From the NCBI GenBank assembly GCA_035221665.1, contig CM069143.1, positions 10,044,001 to 10,108,000 on the forward strand: 64,000 nucleotides of DNA. The letters are read 5' to 3'. Shown here in pieces: positions 1 to 11,882 of this stretch. The notes beneath the pieces are model-generated. The model was not told where the DNA came from. It worked only from the letters and a program-made list of their open reading frames with translations, and searched no databases. The translations under genes were made by a program, and so were the position numbers. The number at the start of each line of letters is the position of its first letter. Position 1 is the stretch's first letter. The stretch comes from Okamejei kenojei (Eukaryota).

Positions 1-88
1 CAATTCCTTCGCCCCATAGATGCTGCCTCACCCCCAGCACTTTTGTCTACCTTCGATTTTTCCAGCATCTGCAGTTCTTTCTTAAACA
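1..88 (+). mobile_element. 3' end of short Penelope-like repeat (runs off window start)
   Basis: atagatgctgcctcacccccagcacttttgtctaccttcgattttccagcatctgcagttctttcttaaac matches the 3' half of the repeat seen more completely at 50031-50160. Confidence 0.65.
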
Positions 89-351
89 TTTAACCATAAA
101 AGTTGTTCAGCAACAGTAGAATGCAATCATCAGAACATGGAGCATGTGGATATTGCTGGGCATCCCATGTGGATATCATGGGATGTGGATATTGCTGGGA
201 GCTCAGTTGACATTCAACATCTCTAAGAGTCATTAAAAGTAGTGAGGACTGAGCTTTCTGTTTATGTGAAGGTTATGCTTATGTGAAGGCACTCCTGCAG
301 TGATGTTAGGAGAACAGATCCAAGATGGTGCTTGAACAAGCTCAAAAGGAA

Positions 352-1040
352 TGAGTCAAGAGTGTTTAATTGTCATATGTACTGGCAATGGAACAATGAC
401 ATTCTTACCTGCTGCAGCTTAACAGGACCATAAACATAATAACACAGAGATAAATATATAATAATCAATAATACAATAAATTAACAACTGTAATAATAGA
501 TGGATATACATTATTTTGCAAAAATAGTTAAGTATTTAATTGTCATATCTATTGGCAATGGAACAGTGGAATTCTTACCTGCTGCAGCTTAACAGGCCCT
601 TAGATACAGTAACTCAAGGATAAATGTGTAATAATCAATGTTAATAAATGAATAACCATAATACTAGATGACTATAATTGTGAAAGACTGAAGTCCTTTG
701 TGCAACCAAAGACACATATGTGTGTAGAATATAATAGTTGCTGAGGTTAGTGTGTGGTGTTCGTGCCTGTTGGTTGCTGAGCTATTCTTGAAGCTGGTGG
801 TTGCATTTTTTAGATTTTTTTCAGACCTTCTTCCCAATGGTAGCTGCTCCCTGCAGCCTCCATTCTTTGGCGTTTGAGTTACTGAACCATGCTGTGATGT
901 AGCCAGTCAATACACTCTATGGCGCACACCTGTAGAAGTTTGATACTGCACTCAGGACATATCAAATCTCTTTAATTGTCTAATGAAGTGAAAAGTATGA
1001 GCTTTCTTTGTGAATGTCCTGGGCCCAGAATAGGTCTTCA
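352..1040 (-). mobile_element. Decayed Rex1/Babar-type LINE 3' end with duplicated tail
   Basis: gagtcaagagtgtttaattgtcatatg...attcttacctgctgcagc is the reverse complement of the tail at 47815-47885; the tail occurs twice (about 366-495 and 535-663). Confidence 0.65.
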
Positions 1041-1152
1041 GATAAGTTGCATTCATACTTCATTACCTGGTATTCCATTTGTAGACACTGAAGATTGTTT
1101 CTGGGTTCAGTTGGATTGAACTTTCATGTGGGTGCTCGTGCAGCAGACCAAG

Positions 1153-1467
1153 GTTTAGTTTAGTTTTAGTTTAGAGATATAGAGAGGAAACAGACCCTTC
1201 GGCCCACCGAGTCCATGCCGACCAGCGACCCCGCATACTAAAACTGTCTTACACAAACTAGGGACAATTTACACTTATACCAAGCCAATTAACCTATAAA
1301 CCTGTACGTCTTTGGAGTATGGGAGGAAACCGAAGATCTCGGAGAAAGGTCACGAGGAGAACGTATAAACTTCGTACAAACAACACCCGTGGTGGGGATC
1401 GAACCTGTGTCTCCGGTGCTGCGAGCATTGTAAGGCAGCAACTCTGCCGCTGCGCCACCGTGCTGCC
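1153..1467 (-). mobile_element. HE1-like V-SINE
   Basis: tRNA-like head with B box (gttcgatcc on minus strand), V-domain-like ggtttcctcccatactccaaagacg, CR1-like tail, (TAAAC)n end. Confidence 0.85.
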
Positions 1468-1920
1468 TTTCATTGTCATTCATTGCCTTCATTCTTCATT
1501 GTCTTTGGAGCTGCAGTCCGTGAGACTCACAGGGAGATTCTGCAGCAGCCCTGGTGTCTCTGCAGATCCCCAACAGCAGCACATGCAGCTTACAAAAAGC
1601 AGATTCAGTTTCTGGCCAGGATGCCAATGGTACCCTCCAGGATGCCAATGGTACTCTTTACAAGAGAGGGTTTGGGCAGTGGAAATCATTACTGACGCAT
1701 ACACATTTAACTTACACATAGTAATTATCACATCATTAAGTGGAAATGATGAGACTGTCCTTAGAGCATTTGATATTGTGAACAGCCTTCCTATGATCTG
1801 AAGCTGTCAGAATTCTAAGTGGAAATATGACCTGGGATCCAGATAGCTCCAGTCCATAGGATGGCAGATCACAACATGGAATGTTCCCTGGCTTGTTCTT
1901 ACCTCCAGTATCCCCACCCC

Positions 1921-2025
1921 TGCTTTCAGTCTGAAGAAGGGTTCCGACCCGAAACATTACCCGTCATTTTTCTCCGGAGATGCGGCCTGACCCACTGAGT
2001 TACTCCAGCATGTTGTGTCTATCTA
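1921..2025 (+). mobile_element. Short Penelope-like repeat with degenerate hammerhead core
   Basis: ctgaagaagggttccgacccgaaacattac at 1931-1960 followed by the family body gatgcggcctgacccactgagttactccagca. Confidence 0.65.
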
Positions 2026-2786
2026 TGGAATGCTCTAAGCCAGCCCCAACAAAACCCACAAGTAATTGGGAATCCCATCAAATAGCTGCAGCTTTGTCTG
2101 TCTTGATTTCATCTGCATGGATGGATGTTTGGTTGAGATTGAGGGCTGATGTGTGATGGACGAATGGGATAATGAGTACCCACATGGATAATTATGGGGA
2201 GGGTGGTAGAATTAGTCCTGGGACTTGGGTTTGCAAGTTCAAAGGGGTTGCAGCATAGAGATCAGTGAGTGGAGGGGGCTTGGTGTAACTTGGAGGGGTT
2301 GGATATCTGAAAAATTAAACGGGTTGTCCCTGGAGAGGACAGCAGTTGATCTGAATTCCTTGTCGTCCAGGTTATCCTGCAATGCCTCAAAGTGGAGTGT
2401 TGAGCTGGGAATGGCGTCAGAAGCATACAAGTAACTCAAACTTAAAACCCCAGTCAGATTTCTGGAATGATACCAAATCATCCAGAAATGGTTGACATTG
2501 CAATTCACTCAGAACGTTGTCAATTTTCAGTTGTTTAATGTTGAAACACAGCAGCATTGTTTGGGGCAAAAGCGTCCTTGTATAATTCTAAAGATTTAAC
2601 TGCATATGAAAGTAACCATCAGCAAGTGGTAGAGATATTTACTTTTGTTCACCTGTTACCAGCCAACTGCTGTATAAAGGACAGAAATGACTGAGTTTTG
2701 TAGGAATGGAGAAAAATGCAACGGGAATTGATTGGCCAGAACTTGCTGCCAGTGGTCAATTCCAGTCACACATGGGAGGTAGGAAG

Positions 2787-3157
2787 CAAAGATCCTATAG
2801 CAAGTAAGATGGATCACTCAACGTATTACGGTGATGGGCAGATTCATGGGTAATTTTCGGCCCCATTTCCGTAACCGGTAATCCGTAACCTAGTGCGGAG
2901 ACGGATGCCGGTTACGGAAACATCCTCGTAAAAATAAAAGTTATCTGGTTAAAATCTTCTCCTCATTTTCAGAATTTTAATTTATTAACACAAACTGTTC
3001 CCCTGCAACGTTGATTACACTGCGGGTAGGGTCGGGTCGGGTCGGGTTACTGAAATGGATGGAAAAAAAAGGCCCACGTTCCGCTCCGTTGCGTACTACA
3101 CGTCAGCCCGTTGCATTTAGAAGGAGTGGTCTATCTTGCTCTGCTATAGGATCTTTG
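2787..3157. mobile_element. MITE with CAAAGA-starting TIRs and 8-bp TSD (P-element-like or hAT-like)
   Basis: TIR caaagatcctatagca / tgctataggatctttg (16 bp perfect, imperfect to about 33 bp); TSD gtaggaag at 2779-2786 and 3158-3165. Confidence 0.85.
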
Positions 3158-3324
3158 GTAGGAAGTGCAGAACAAACCCCATGCTTCATCCACAGTCTGA
3201 ATGAATACAGCCATGCATCTGGTTTAGTTAGCTGTCAAACATTGACTATTTATGAATATTTCTGTGTAAGAAGAGTCCAACCTCAAGGTGCAGCAAAGTA
3301 TCGTTGGTGAAGCGCACCAGTAAC

Positions 3325-3560
3325 CCTTTTGTCTCCTTTTGTATCTCTCACCATTGTCCACCCACCTGCCAAACAAAAACCTGCCTCATCTGTACCCACC
3401 TATCACTCGTCAGGCTTTGTCCAACCTCCACCTCTTTTCCAGCTTTCTCATCCCGACTACAATCAGTCCGAAGAAGGTTTCAACCCAAAATGTCTCCTAT
3501 CCATGTTCTTCCGAGATGCTGCCTGAACTGCTCTGTTACTCCAGCACTTTTTGGGGTTTC
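3325..3560 (+). mobile_element. Decayed Penelope-like repeat (longer pyrimidine-rich 5' part)
   Basis: cagtccgaagaaggtttcaacccaaaatgtc (eroded hammerhead core) then gatgctgcctgaactgctctgttactccagcacttt. Confidence 0.6.
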
Positions 3561-5189
3561 TTTCAGAGCACCAGAAATTTCTGGAATTGCAGGAATCCCA
3601 GATTAGATGGCGCAATTCACGAAATGTCAGCAATTCCACATGGAGGGTCCTGTTCAATGATAACTGCTTTGTGCAAGACAGGAAATGCTTTTGCTGCTAA
3701 CTTTTTTCGAACAAAGTTGAAAAGGAAATAGTATTTTTTCTTTGGAGAAACCTTTGACATTTTCGATATGCTGTAATGTGACATGCCAGGGAAGATGTTT
3801 TCTCAGGTTAACGTTGGCCGATAGCAAATCACAACAGCTGGAAGTCTTGTAGCCACAGAGCAACCACTTGTAAAAGCAGTGCACCTGTGGTAACAGACTG
3901 TCAGACCCAATTCCGAATCCCGAGAGTGCCGCTGGTTCATTTGGACGTTACAGCAGCATTTGGAAGTGCACTGGTCGTTCCCTCTTATTGTGCCCTAGGG
4001 TCACATGTAGAGGCTTCGACTTTCTTTGTGGCATAATTTTTGTTGATTAATGGTATTGCTGTGGAGAGTCCCAGAGCCAGCTCTTTTGTGGAAGATTTGA
4101 CAGGGGTACAGCCTGGAGCAAAGGCTGTCAAGTGATACGCTTTGAAATTGAGCTTCCACTAATATTAACTGGGGAATCATGGGCCATGCTGTTATAGCTC
4201 GCGAGTCTTGCGTTGGCTTTTGGTGGCTATGGCAGAATGCAATGCGGCTACCTCTAGCCTTGTTTTAAATAAGTGTGCTGATAAATTAAAGAACGGCGGA
4301 GTCTGATAAGACTTGAGTGTTATAATTAACTCTGGAGTAGTCTATATTACAGAAAGTAGATACATTACCGATAATAAAATTGATCAATAGTTCTGTAAAA
4401 TGGCTGGTTCTTTTTCATTTAACAACAAAAAAATCAGTAAGCACAATAATCATTAGGAGATTATAATCAGGAGACTTTAATCCTATCTGTTGTTCTGCAT
4501 GTCTTGGTTGTGCTGTTCACACTTATTGTTTTTCTGTATTATATAGGCTGATTTTTAACCACGAAAGTAACTTCTCTCAATTACTTACCAATGCCTCTGA
4601 AGATTGTTTTTTCACTTCACAAGTATAGATAGAACAATGTTGCTATTGACTTTCTATCAACTCAGTGATTTATAGCTCAGTGATGTTACCAGCATAATAA
4701 GCCAGATTGAAATTCAGAGAGTCTGGTTTTATGTGGAACGCCTTTGTGGATCATTCACACGTGCCTTGTCCCATACTGTGGGATGGTTTGCAGTGGGACC
4801 TGTGGAGCGTGGTAGGGTGAAGGTGTGAACATTGTGAGAACTGCAAATAATAAAAGCGAGAATTTAGTGTAAATGGCAACTGGGCATCGAGGTTGTGTGG
4901 AAAGCTGATCAGAGGGAGGAGAGAGTCTCATCAGCACATTTTCAGCACAACTTGATCTGCAGGTTGCATGGTGGTCCAGGATATCAGGAGTGTCCAAAAA
5001 CAGGAAGAAGTTTCAAATGAAATAAATGATCTGAATGTAAATGTACAAATGGAAACAAATTCCAATGATTATTAGATCCTCTACATAATTGGAGATAGAA
5101 AATATGATTCTTTCTGTTATTCTGAACTATTACGATATATAACTGATAGAGTTGTGCAACCGGCATTAATCCTGTATGCAACTACACAC

Positions 5190-6425
5190 TGTTTGTTCAA
5201 GTATCTGTCAATATTACTATTTCTACCTCGTCCAACCTCCGCCCTCTCCTCTGGTAGCTCATTCCAGATGTGCTTGGAGTGAAAACGTTCTCCTCAGATC
5301 CTCTTTAAAGCATCTCACTCTGACCTTAATCCTATGCACTCTGGTTATAGCATACCTTAGCATCGAAATGGACATAGGCAATTACCAATGTCTCTCATAA
5401 TTTTATATATCACTGTCATGCCACCTTTCAGCCTCCTTCGCTACAACGAGAAAACATACCTTCCTGATAACTCAAGCCCTTCAATGGAAGCAAAACCCTT
5501 GTGAACCTTTCCTGCATCCTCTGAACCTTAATCCTGTCCTTCCTAAAGTGTGATGACCGGAACTGCACACAATACGCCACCTGCAGCCTAACCAAAGTTT
5601 TGCACCTCTATCACTTGATGTCCCAAATCTTACACTCAATGTAATGGCCATTTACCTATGTTCCCATTAATGGGAAACAATGTACGTATCCCAAAGTGTC
5701 TCAGTTCAACAACATGCCCCAGGCTTCTGTCATTTGCTAAATATGTCCTGCCCTGGTTTATCTTCTCAAAGTGTATCACTTTGCTGTTGAGTTAAATTTA
5801 ATCTTCAAACTTTCCCAGTTGAAATATATCCTTTACAGATGCTGCTTTACCCACCGAGTTCTTCTAGCATTTTGTTTTGCTACGGATTTTAGGATCTGCA
5901 GTCTTTTGTGCTTCCACTACCACTCTCTGCCTCCTACCACCAAGTCAATTTTGTATCCAATTTGCTACCTCATTCTGGATCCTATATGTTTCAATCTTTT
6001 GGATGAGCATACCGTACCTTGTTAAAGGGCATGGTAAAGTCCACCCAGACAACATTCATTGTCCTGCTCTTGTCAAACATCTTGATCATCTCTTTTTTCA
6101 AAAAATTCCGTCAAATTCACGAGGCATGACTTCCCATGTACAAAGCCATGCTAACCCTAATCGGTTCTTGTCTTTCCTAATACAAATAAAACCTGTCCCT
6201 TAATATCCCTCCCAATAACCTTCCACCACTTATGTAAGGCTCACTGTCCTTTAGTTCCCTGGCTGCCCTTCGTAAATATACGCATGACATTAACCCTTCT
6301 CCAGTTTTCTGATGTCTCATCTGTGGCTACTGAAGATACATACATCTCTGCCATAGCCCAAGCAATCTCCTCTCTTGCTTCTCACAACATCCTAGGTTAC
6401 ACCAGGTTAGGTCCTTGAGATTTAT
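5190..6425 (-). mobile_element. Old, degenerate CR1/HER1 LINE ORF2 fragment
   Basis: Eroded counterparts of the CR1 at 15555-16078 (gaccggaactgcacacaatac, gaccttaatcctatgcactctgg); no intact ORF. Confidence 0.65.
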
Positions 6426-7887
6426 GGAATGCAGAGAAGGTTGGCACAATTTCTTTTGATTCCTCTTTTATCCAAAGAAGTAATGGATGGGAATAGAAAA
6501 CTGGAAAATGCACAATCTCATCCCGTAACAAGCTGTGATTCCTCTAAATTGCAGCGGGTTATGCAAATTTACACTAACTTCGATCATAAAACAATGAACT
6601 CCTCGCAATATTAATAAGCAATCCAATCTGCTTCAAAGTAAGCTTGCAAAAATGGAGGGATAATTAGAAACCTAGATTGTGATTAAATTCTGCTTTCTGT
6701 GGCATTTCACTGCAAACAGTAACACCGACAGATGCAACATAATGTACTTAGCATAAGCCAAGAACTTTTTTGTCTCATGGGGCTAAATCAGTGACAGGAA
6801 CAAACTTAAAAAGGAAGAATGTTAATTTGTATCCTTGACGATATTTATGTATTCATTACAGTGCCAGGAAAACACCAATTACAGTGCGGTACCGTTTTCT
6901 CAGTAATTATGCTCAGATTAATAAATATAATTTTGAAATGAAGTCAACATAAATAATCCTAACCAGGAGAACAGGTTACTGCTGCGGCTTAAGCCTGTTT
7001 CATCTACTTGTGATCATAGGTCATCATCAGAGTAATGTAACTGAAATGAACAGACTTGGCAAACAATGCTGTTCCTCCAGACACAGTGGATGCTGAGAAA
7101 AACATCATCAATATTGTTCAATTCTTCAGAGAAATTTGCTGGGCTGTAGGGGAAGAGCAGGCGAGTGAGACTAATTAGAAACCTCTTTCAAAGACCTGTC
7201 GCAGGTAGGAGGGATCAAGTGGCCTCCTTCTCCGCAGTATGATTTCTGCTTTCTTTGAAGTTTTTTAACAATGTAATTATGGCAGTCATATTATCAAGAT
7301 TAAATCAATGAACCTTGGAACCATGCTTTCATTAGGAAAACTTCTCACCCCTTATGTAACAAAGCTTTGGCCTTGCCCATTCATACCCAAGACCATTCCT
7401 CAGGTCTTCCTTCACGATTACCCTCTGTTCTATTATGTAAATGCTGTACTCCATTGGGTGGCTATATTGTCATTAACATTCTGTATTGCGATTATTGTTT
7501 GCCTGACCAGAAATTATAATTGGATAATTTTTGAAAGCCCATTATTAAACTGACTGCCCTTTTTTTTGTGCTAGCGAACCTCAGCACTGTATTTCCGACT
7601 TTGGATGACATGCAACTCATTCTTAAAGAAAAGCATGGCTGTCCAAACAAAAACACACTATTTCTAGTCACATTTTCCCTCTTCTATGTTTTATGCAGTT
7701 TGTGGATATATTGTTAGGGATGAATTGGTCAAATTGCTGGGAATTTACAAACTGTTAAAACCCTCCTAGAAGCTTCTTTCTAACCAATCCTTCACTTAAT
7801 TGTGTTTGGGATAGAATAAAAGCCCATGTTTTATATGTTTGCTCCTCTGACAATATTTTGCTGATTTTAATCTATAAACCTTTGTTC

Positions 7888-8094
7888 GACACACCATTCT
7901 GGAGTAACTCAGCAGATCAAACAGTATCGCTGGAGAAAAAGGATGGGTGACATTTCGGGTCAGAATCCTTCTTCAGACTCTGGTTCTGACACGAAACATC
8001 ACCCATTCTTTTCCTCCAGAGATGCTGCCACTGAGTTACTCCAGCACTTTGTGTCTATCTTCGGTATAAACCAGCATCTGCAGTACTTTTCTGC
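7888..8094. mobile_element. Fold-back (inverted) Penelope-like hammerhead repeat
   Basis: Minus-strand arm 7888-7978 ending ccttcttcagac, then plus-strand arm 7982-8094; arms are reverse complements. Confidence 0.75.
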
Positions 8095-8701
8095 AATTTG
8101 AACAGATTGCAATAGTTTTTCGATGTTTCAGGATGTCAGGAATATTTTCTGTTTTCATGGCCTTGGCTCAGCAGAGTACCCAGCTGCCATGATGTTTGTA
8201 GTGAAGCTTGGTCCAGTCCTGCCATCATGATGGAGTCAAGCTGTGGAAGGCACCTGAGCATGCAAGGCCTCATTGTGATCCAGGGAGTTGCTTCCTTCTA
8301 CAAGTTTGGGACGCTACAACTGCTCAAGTTAGATGCAAACATTCTTCAAGGTTCATTACTCAAAATGGGCAACTTGTTGCTGATCCAAAAGCAGTCCCAG
8401 ACTCATTCATTTTGGAGGCACCAGAGAATTTCTGTTGGTTGTGACTGTCCTAATCACATAAGGAAGGATTGTTACCCTAAATTTGTCCCAGTTAGCAACG
8501 CGTGCTACGCAACCCGAGTAGTTGTGTTTTTAAATGTTCTCTTTCCGTAGACTGACACTTATGTGGAATATTCAATGAACTGGTGACTGGGTTAGCTTAT
8601 TGTTAGTACCTTCTATAGTATCATCAACCTGTGAGCTTGGACTGAATGTCTTGTGAGTTTTTAGACACAATGAACTGCTGGAATCTTGCATAGAACACAA
8701 A

Positions 8702-9032
8702 GGAGGTGCCCGATTCGGATGTCCTGAGGAGGTCCTCCAGTCTCGACGTCGGACTTCCATCACCCCGACGATCGGGCCTGAACATCGAGCCGTCCGGAGC
8801 GGCGAGAGCGGCTGGTTCGGGAGCCCCCCTGACCACGGGAGGACACCAGAGGAGGACGACTGAATTTTTGGAGCCTTCCCTCACAGTGGGAATTTGATCC
8901 CGCTGTGTGGGGATGTCTGTGTTAAAAAAAACCTATTGTGTCCTGCTCTCTTTATTATTTACTTGTATGGCGACCACACATTTCACTGTACCAATTGGTA
9001 CATGTGAGAAATAAATGTATCTTGTATCTTGA
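8702..9032 (+). mobile_element. Non-autonomous retroposon with GC/CpG-rich body and LINE-like 3' tail
   Basis: GC-rich 8702-8900; tail tttcactgtaccaattggtacatgtgagaaataaa then tgtatcttgtatcttga; appears to split a Penelope-like repeat (aacacaaa...aagtacaccagtaactc). Confidence 0.6.
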
Positions 9033-9039
9033 AAGTACA

Positions 9040-9168
9040 CCAGTAACTCTGTGGGTCAGGCAGCATTTCTGGAGGACATTGATAGGTGACGTGTCAGGTC
9101 GGGACCTTTGTTCAGTCTGAAGAAGCGTCCCACCCAAAACGTGGGATACTCCAGCACTTTGCATTCTT
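9040..9168. mobile_element. Fold-back Penelope-like hammerhead repeat, decayed
   Basis: gtaactctgtgggtcaggcagcatt...ggtgacgtgtcagg (minus arm) then cagtctgaagaagcgtcccacccaaaacgt...tactccagcacttt (plus arm). Confidence 0.6.
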
Positions 9169-9619
9169 CCCAGTGAGTTTTGATGTTGATTGGGATCTGT
9201 CACATGTCCAAAATCAACCTTCCCATGAGTTCCAGTTGCTCTGTTCTTGTGAGTTGCTTGGCCACCATTCTTTTGCTTCAGTCAAAAGGAGCTGGGCATG
9301 ATCTCGCATAAAGCCGGCAAGACATCAGCCAATATATAAAAAAGATTGAAGTTCAGTGACATTCTAGCCGTTATAATGACCTCAGTTTTCTTCTAAGCAG
9401 GTGATAGATCTCACTAGTACCTTGCATAGTGCTTAGAATGTGATCCCATGAGTAGGAGCACTAATGAAACGGTGCTAAAATAGGTTATTATGGTACGTAA
9501 TGTGCAGGGAGATGCCTTGCAGCAGCTGTGCTGGAAACCTGGTATCAATCCCTGCCATCTGCTGGCTTTTCCACCATAATGTATCGCCTACCACTTGGTA
9601 GGTATAGGTTACCTGTCCA

Positions 9620-9840
9620 CAGGGCCGTTTTAACAGCATTGTAGGCCACCGGGCAAAGCAGTGCACTGGGGCCCCTACACTTCCAGTTTATTTATGCCGA
9701 ATCAAATATGCCGTCATGCACTTGTGATATTTTTCTCAGTTTTCATGTTCTACAATAACATTCTACGATACATAGATTAGCATGGGGCCCCATATGCTCA
9801 TGGGGCCCCAGGCAACTGCCCATGCGTTAAGACGGCCCTG
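9620..9840. mobile_element. hAT-type MITE
   Basis: TIRs cagggccgttttaac / gttaagacggccctg; TSD cctgtcca (9612-9619) vs cctgtcaa (9841-9848), 7 of 8 match; subterminal ggggcccc palindromes. Confidence 0.85.
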
Positions 9841-10705
9841 CCTGTCAAGCCTGGTGTTGGGTGGGACATAGCAAATGGATGTTCAGACATGATGGTTGGG
9901 GCACTTGCAGCCATAGGTGGGGGTGGGCGATGGCTGATTCATGCATTGACTGACATCCAATCCCCCTGTATATTTGGTTGTGCTGTTCTCCCTATCCACA
10001 GAGTTCTCTCTGTGGGAACATATTCAGCAACAGTCAGCAACCACTGTTGAGTCCCACACCTCAGTGCTGAGTGGTTGCTCAGTTCACTCTAGCCACCCAA
10101 CACCAGCCCTTGCAGGTTACCTCTCCTCATTGAGCCATGGGCGTCACATTGGGACTGCTCAAGGAAGGAAAGGACTTGTGCCAGGCTTCAGGCAGAGAAA
10201 TGTGTGTCAAGCAGCCCAAGTAGATGTATTTTTAAAGTAACTCTGTACTTCATCGAGTTGTGAATGTTCAGACTGGAGGACCAAGAATGCCTCAACAAAT
10301 CCGTGCTAAGTATGTTACCAATTAATTTGTCCAAATTTAGACTTGGACAAACTAGTCCTTTTTGCACATCGGTACAATAACTCCTTTGGACCTTATAGTG
10401 GTGCTGATGAATCTATTGAATACCTTTGGCGATATTCCACTTCCTTGCCATCGTTGTGATTTAAAATATCACCTTAGTCTCACGGACTCCCTTTAACATC
10501 CTGCCAATGGTGATGATCGGAAATATTTTGGATGAAGTTTCACACTATAAGACAAAATGGTATTTGCAAAAAGCTCCTGAAGGTTATTGATTGTTAAATA
10601 GAATTGTGGTGAATTTCTGTATCCACTATTAATTGTGTACCTGTGTAGGACAGATTTCAACATGCTAGTTCATGGCCTCTGCCAATTCAACACACCAGTG
10701 CTGCC

Positions 10706-11029
10706 GCACGGTGGTGCAGTGGTAGAGTTGCTGTCTTACAGTGCTTGCAGCGCCAGAGATGCTGGTTCGATCCCGACTAATGGTGCTGTCTGTACGGAGT
10801 TTGTACATTATCCCCTTGATCGTGTGGGTTTTCTCCGAGGTCTTCCGTTTCCTCCCTAACTAAAAAAGACGTACAGGTTTGGAGGTTAATTGGCAGGTCT
10901 GTATACAAGGTATAAGTGTAAATTGTCTCTAATATGTGTAGGATAGTGTTAATGTGCGAGGATCTCTGGTCGACTCGGACTTGGGTCGAAGGGCCTGTTT
11001 CTGTGCTGTATCTCTAAACTAAACTAAAC
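10706..11029 (+). mobile_element. HE1-like V-SINE
   Basis: A box ggtggtgcagtgg, B box ggttcgatccc, V-domain, tail gaagggcctgtttctgtgctgtatctctaaactaaactaaac. Confidence 0.85.
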
Positions 11030-11332
11030 AGCAGGAGTCTTGATCATAATCCACAACTTGGATGCAGGTCATGTTATTAGACTCCCATTTTTTTTTACAG
11101 ATGGCAGTTGATCTGTTTAGAGGACACTCATCCTATACCAATTTATTAGTGCAAAACTCCTTCCCAGCACTGTGGGAATAACATCAAATCAAAATGTTTT
11201 TGCTGGGTAACCAACAATATACAGTAACTCTTATGGAAGGAGAACACAATGTTTACTACTTTGTACAGTTTATCAACATGGTGAAAAATGTACTGAGACT
11301 GAGGAGATGAAACCTTGTTAGCAACTCCTGCA

Positions 11333-11882
11333 CTACAGTTTTGGTCTCCTAATCTGAGGAAAGACATTCTTGCCATAGAGGGAGTACAGAGAAGGTTCAC
11401 CAGACTGATTCCTGGGATGGCAGGACTTTCATATGAAGAAAGACTGGATAGACTTGGCTTGTACACGCTGGAATTTAGAAGATTGAGGGGGGATCTTATA
11501 GAGACTTACAAAATTCTTAAGGGGTTGGACAGGCTAGATGCAGGAAGATTGTTCCCGATATTGGGGAAGTCCAGGACAAGGGGTCACAGTTTAAGGATAA
11601 GGGGGATGTCTTTGAGGACCGAGATGAGAAAATTATTTTTCACACAGAGAGTGGTGAATCTGTGGAATACTCTGCCACAGAAGGTAGTTGAGGCCAGTTA
11701 ATTGGCTATATTTAAGAGGGAGTTAGATGTGGCCCTTGTGGCTAAAGGGATCGGGGGGTATGGAGAGAAGGCAGGTACAGGATAGGATACTTAGTTGGAT
11801 GATCAGCCATGATCATATTGAATGGCGGTGCAGGCTCGAAGGACTGAATGGCCTACTCCTGCATCTATTTTCTATGTTTCTA
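11333..11882 (+). mobile_element. CR1/HER1 LINE 3' fragment, relatively young
   Basis: ORF 11315-11701 QFWSPNLRKDILAIEGVQRRFTRLIPGMAGLSYEERL...RTRGHSLRI is the CR1 ORF2 C-terminus; 3' UTR ends tctatgtttcta. Confidence 0.92.

Noticed and set aside
1616-1657. 21-bp tandem duplication ccaggatgccaatggtac(c/t)ct
   Set aside because: Simple local duplication with no further structure.
1289-1801. ORFs overlapping SINEs (also 10635-10859, 14271-14532, 20840-21093, 44679-45056)
   Set aside because: Chance translations of V-SINE sequence; the same pseudo-peptides recur at each copy.
8208-8550. Cys/His pattern GCDCPNHIRKDC resembling a gag zinc knuckle
   Set aside because: Spacing does not fit CX2CX4HX4C and no LTR or pol remnant is nearby.
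10706-10790. tRNA-like A/B boxes
   Set aside because: These are SINE heads continuing into V-domain and LINE tail, not tRNA genes.
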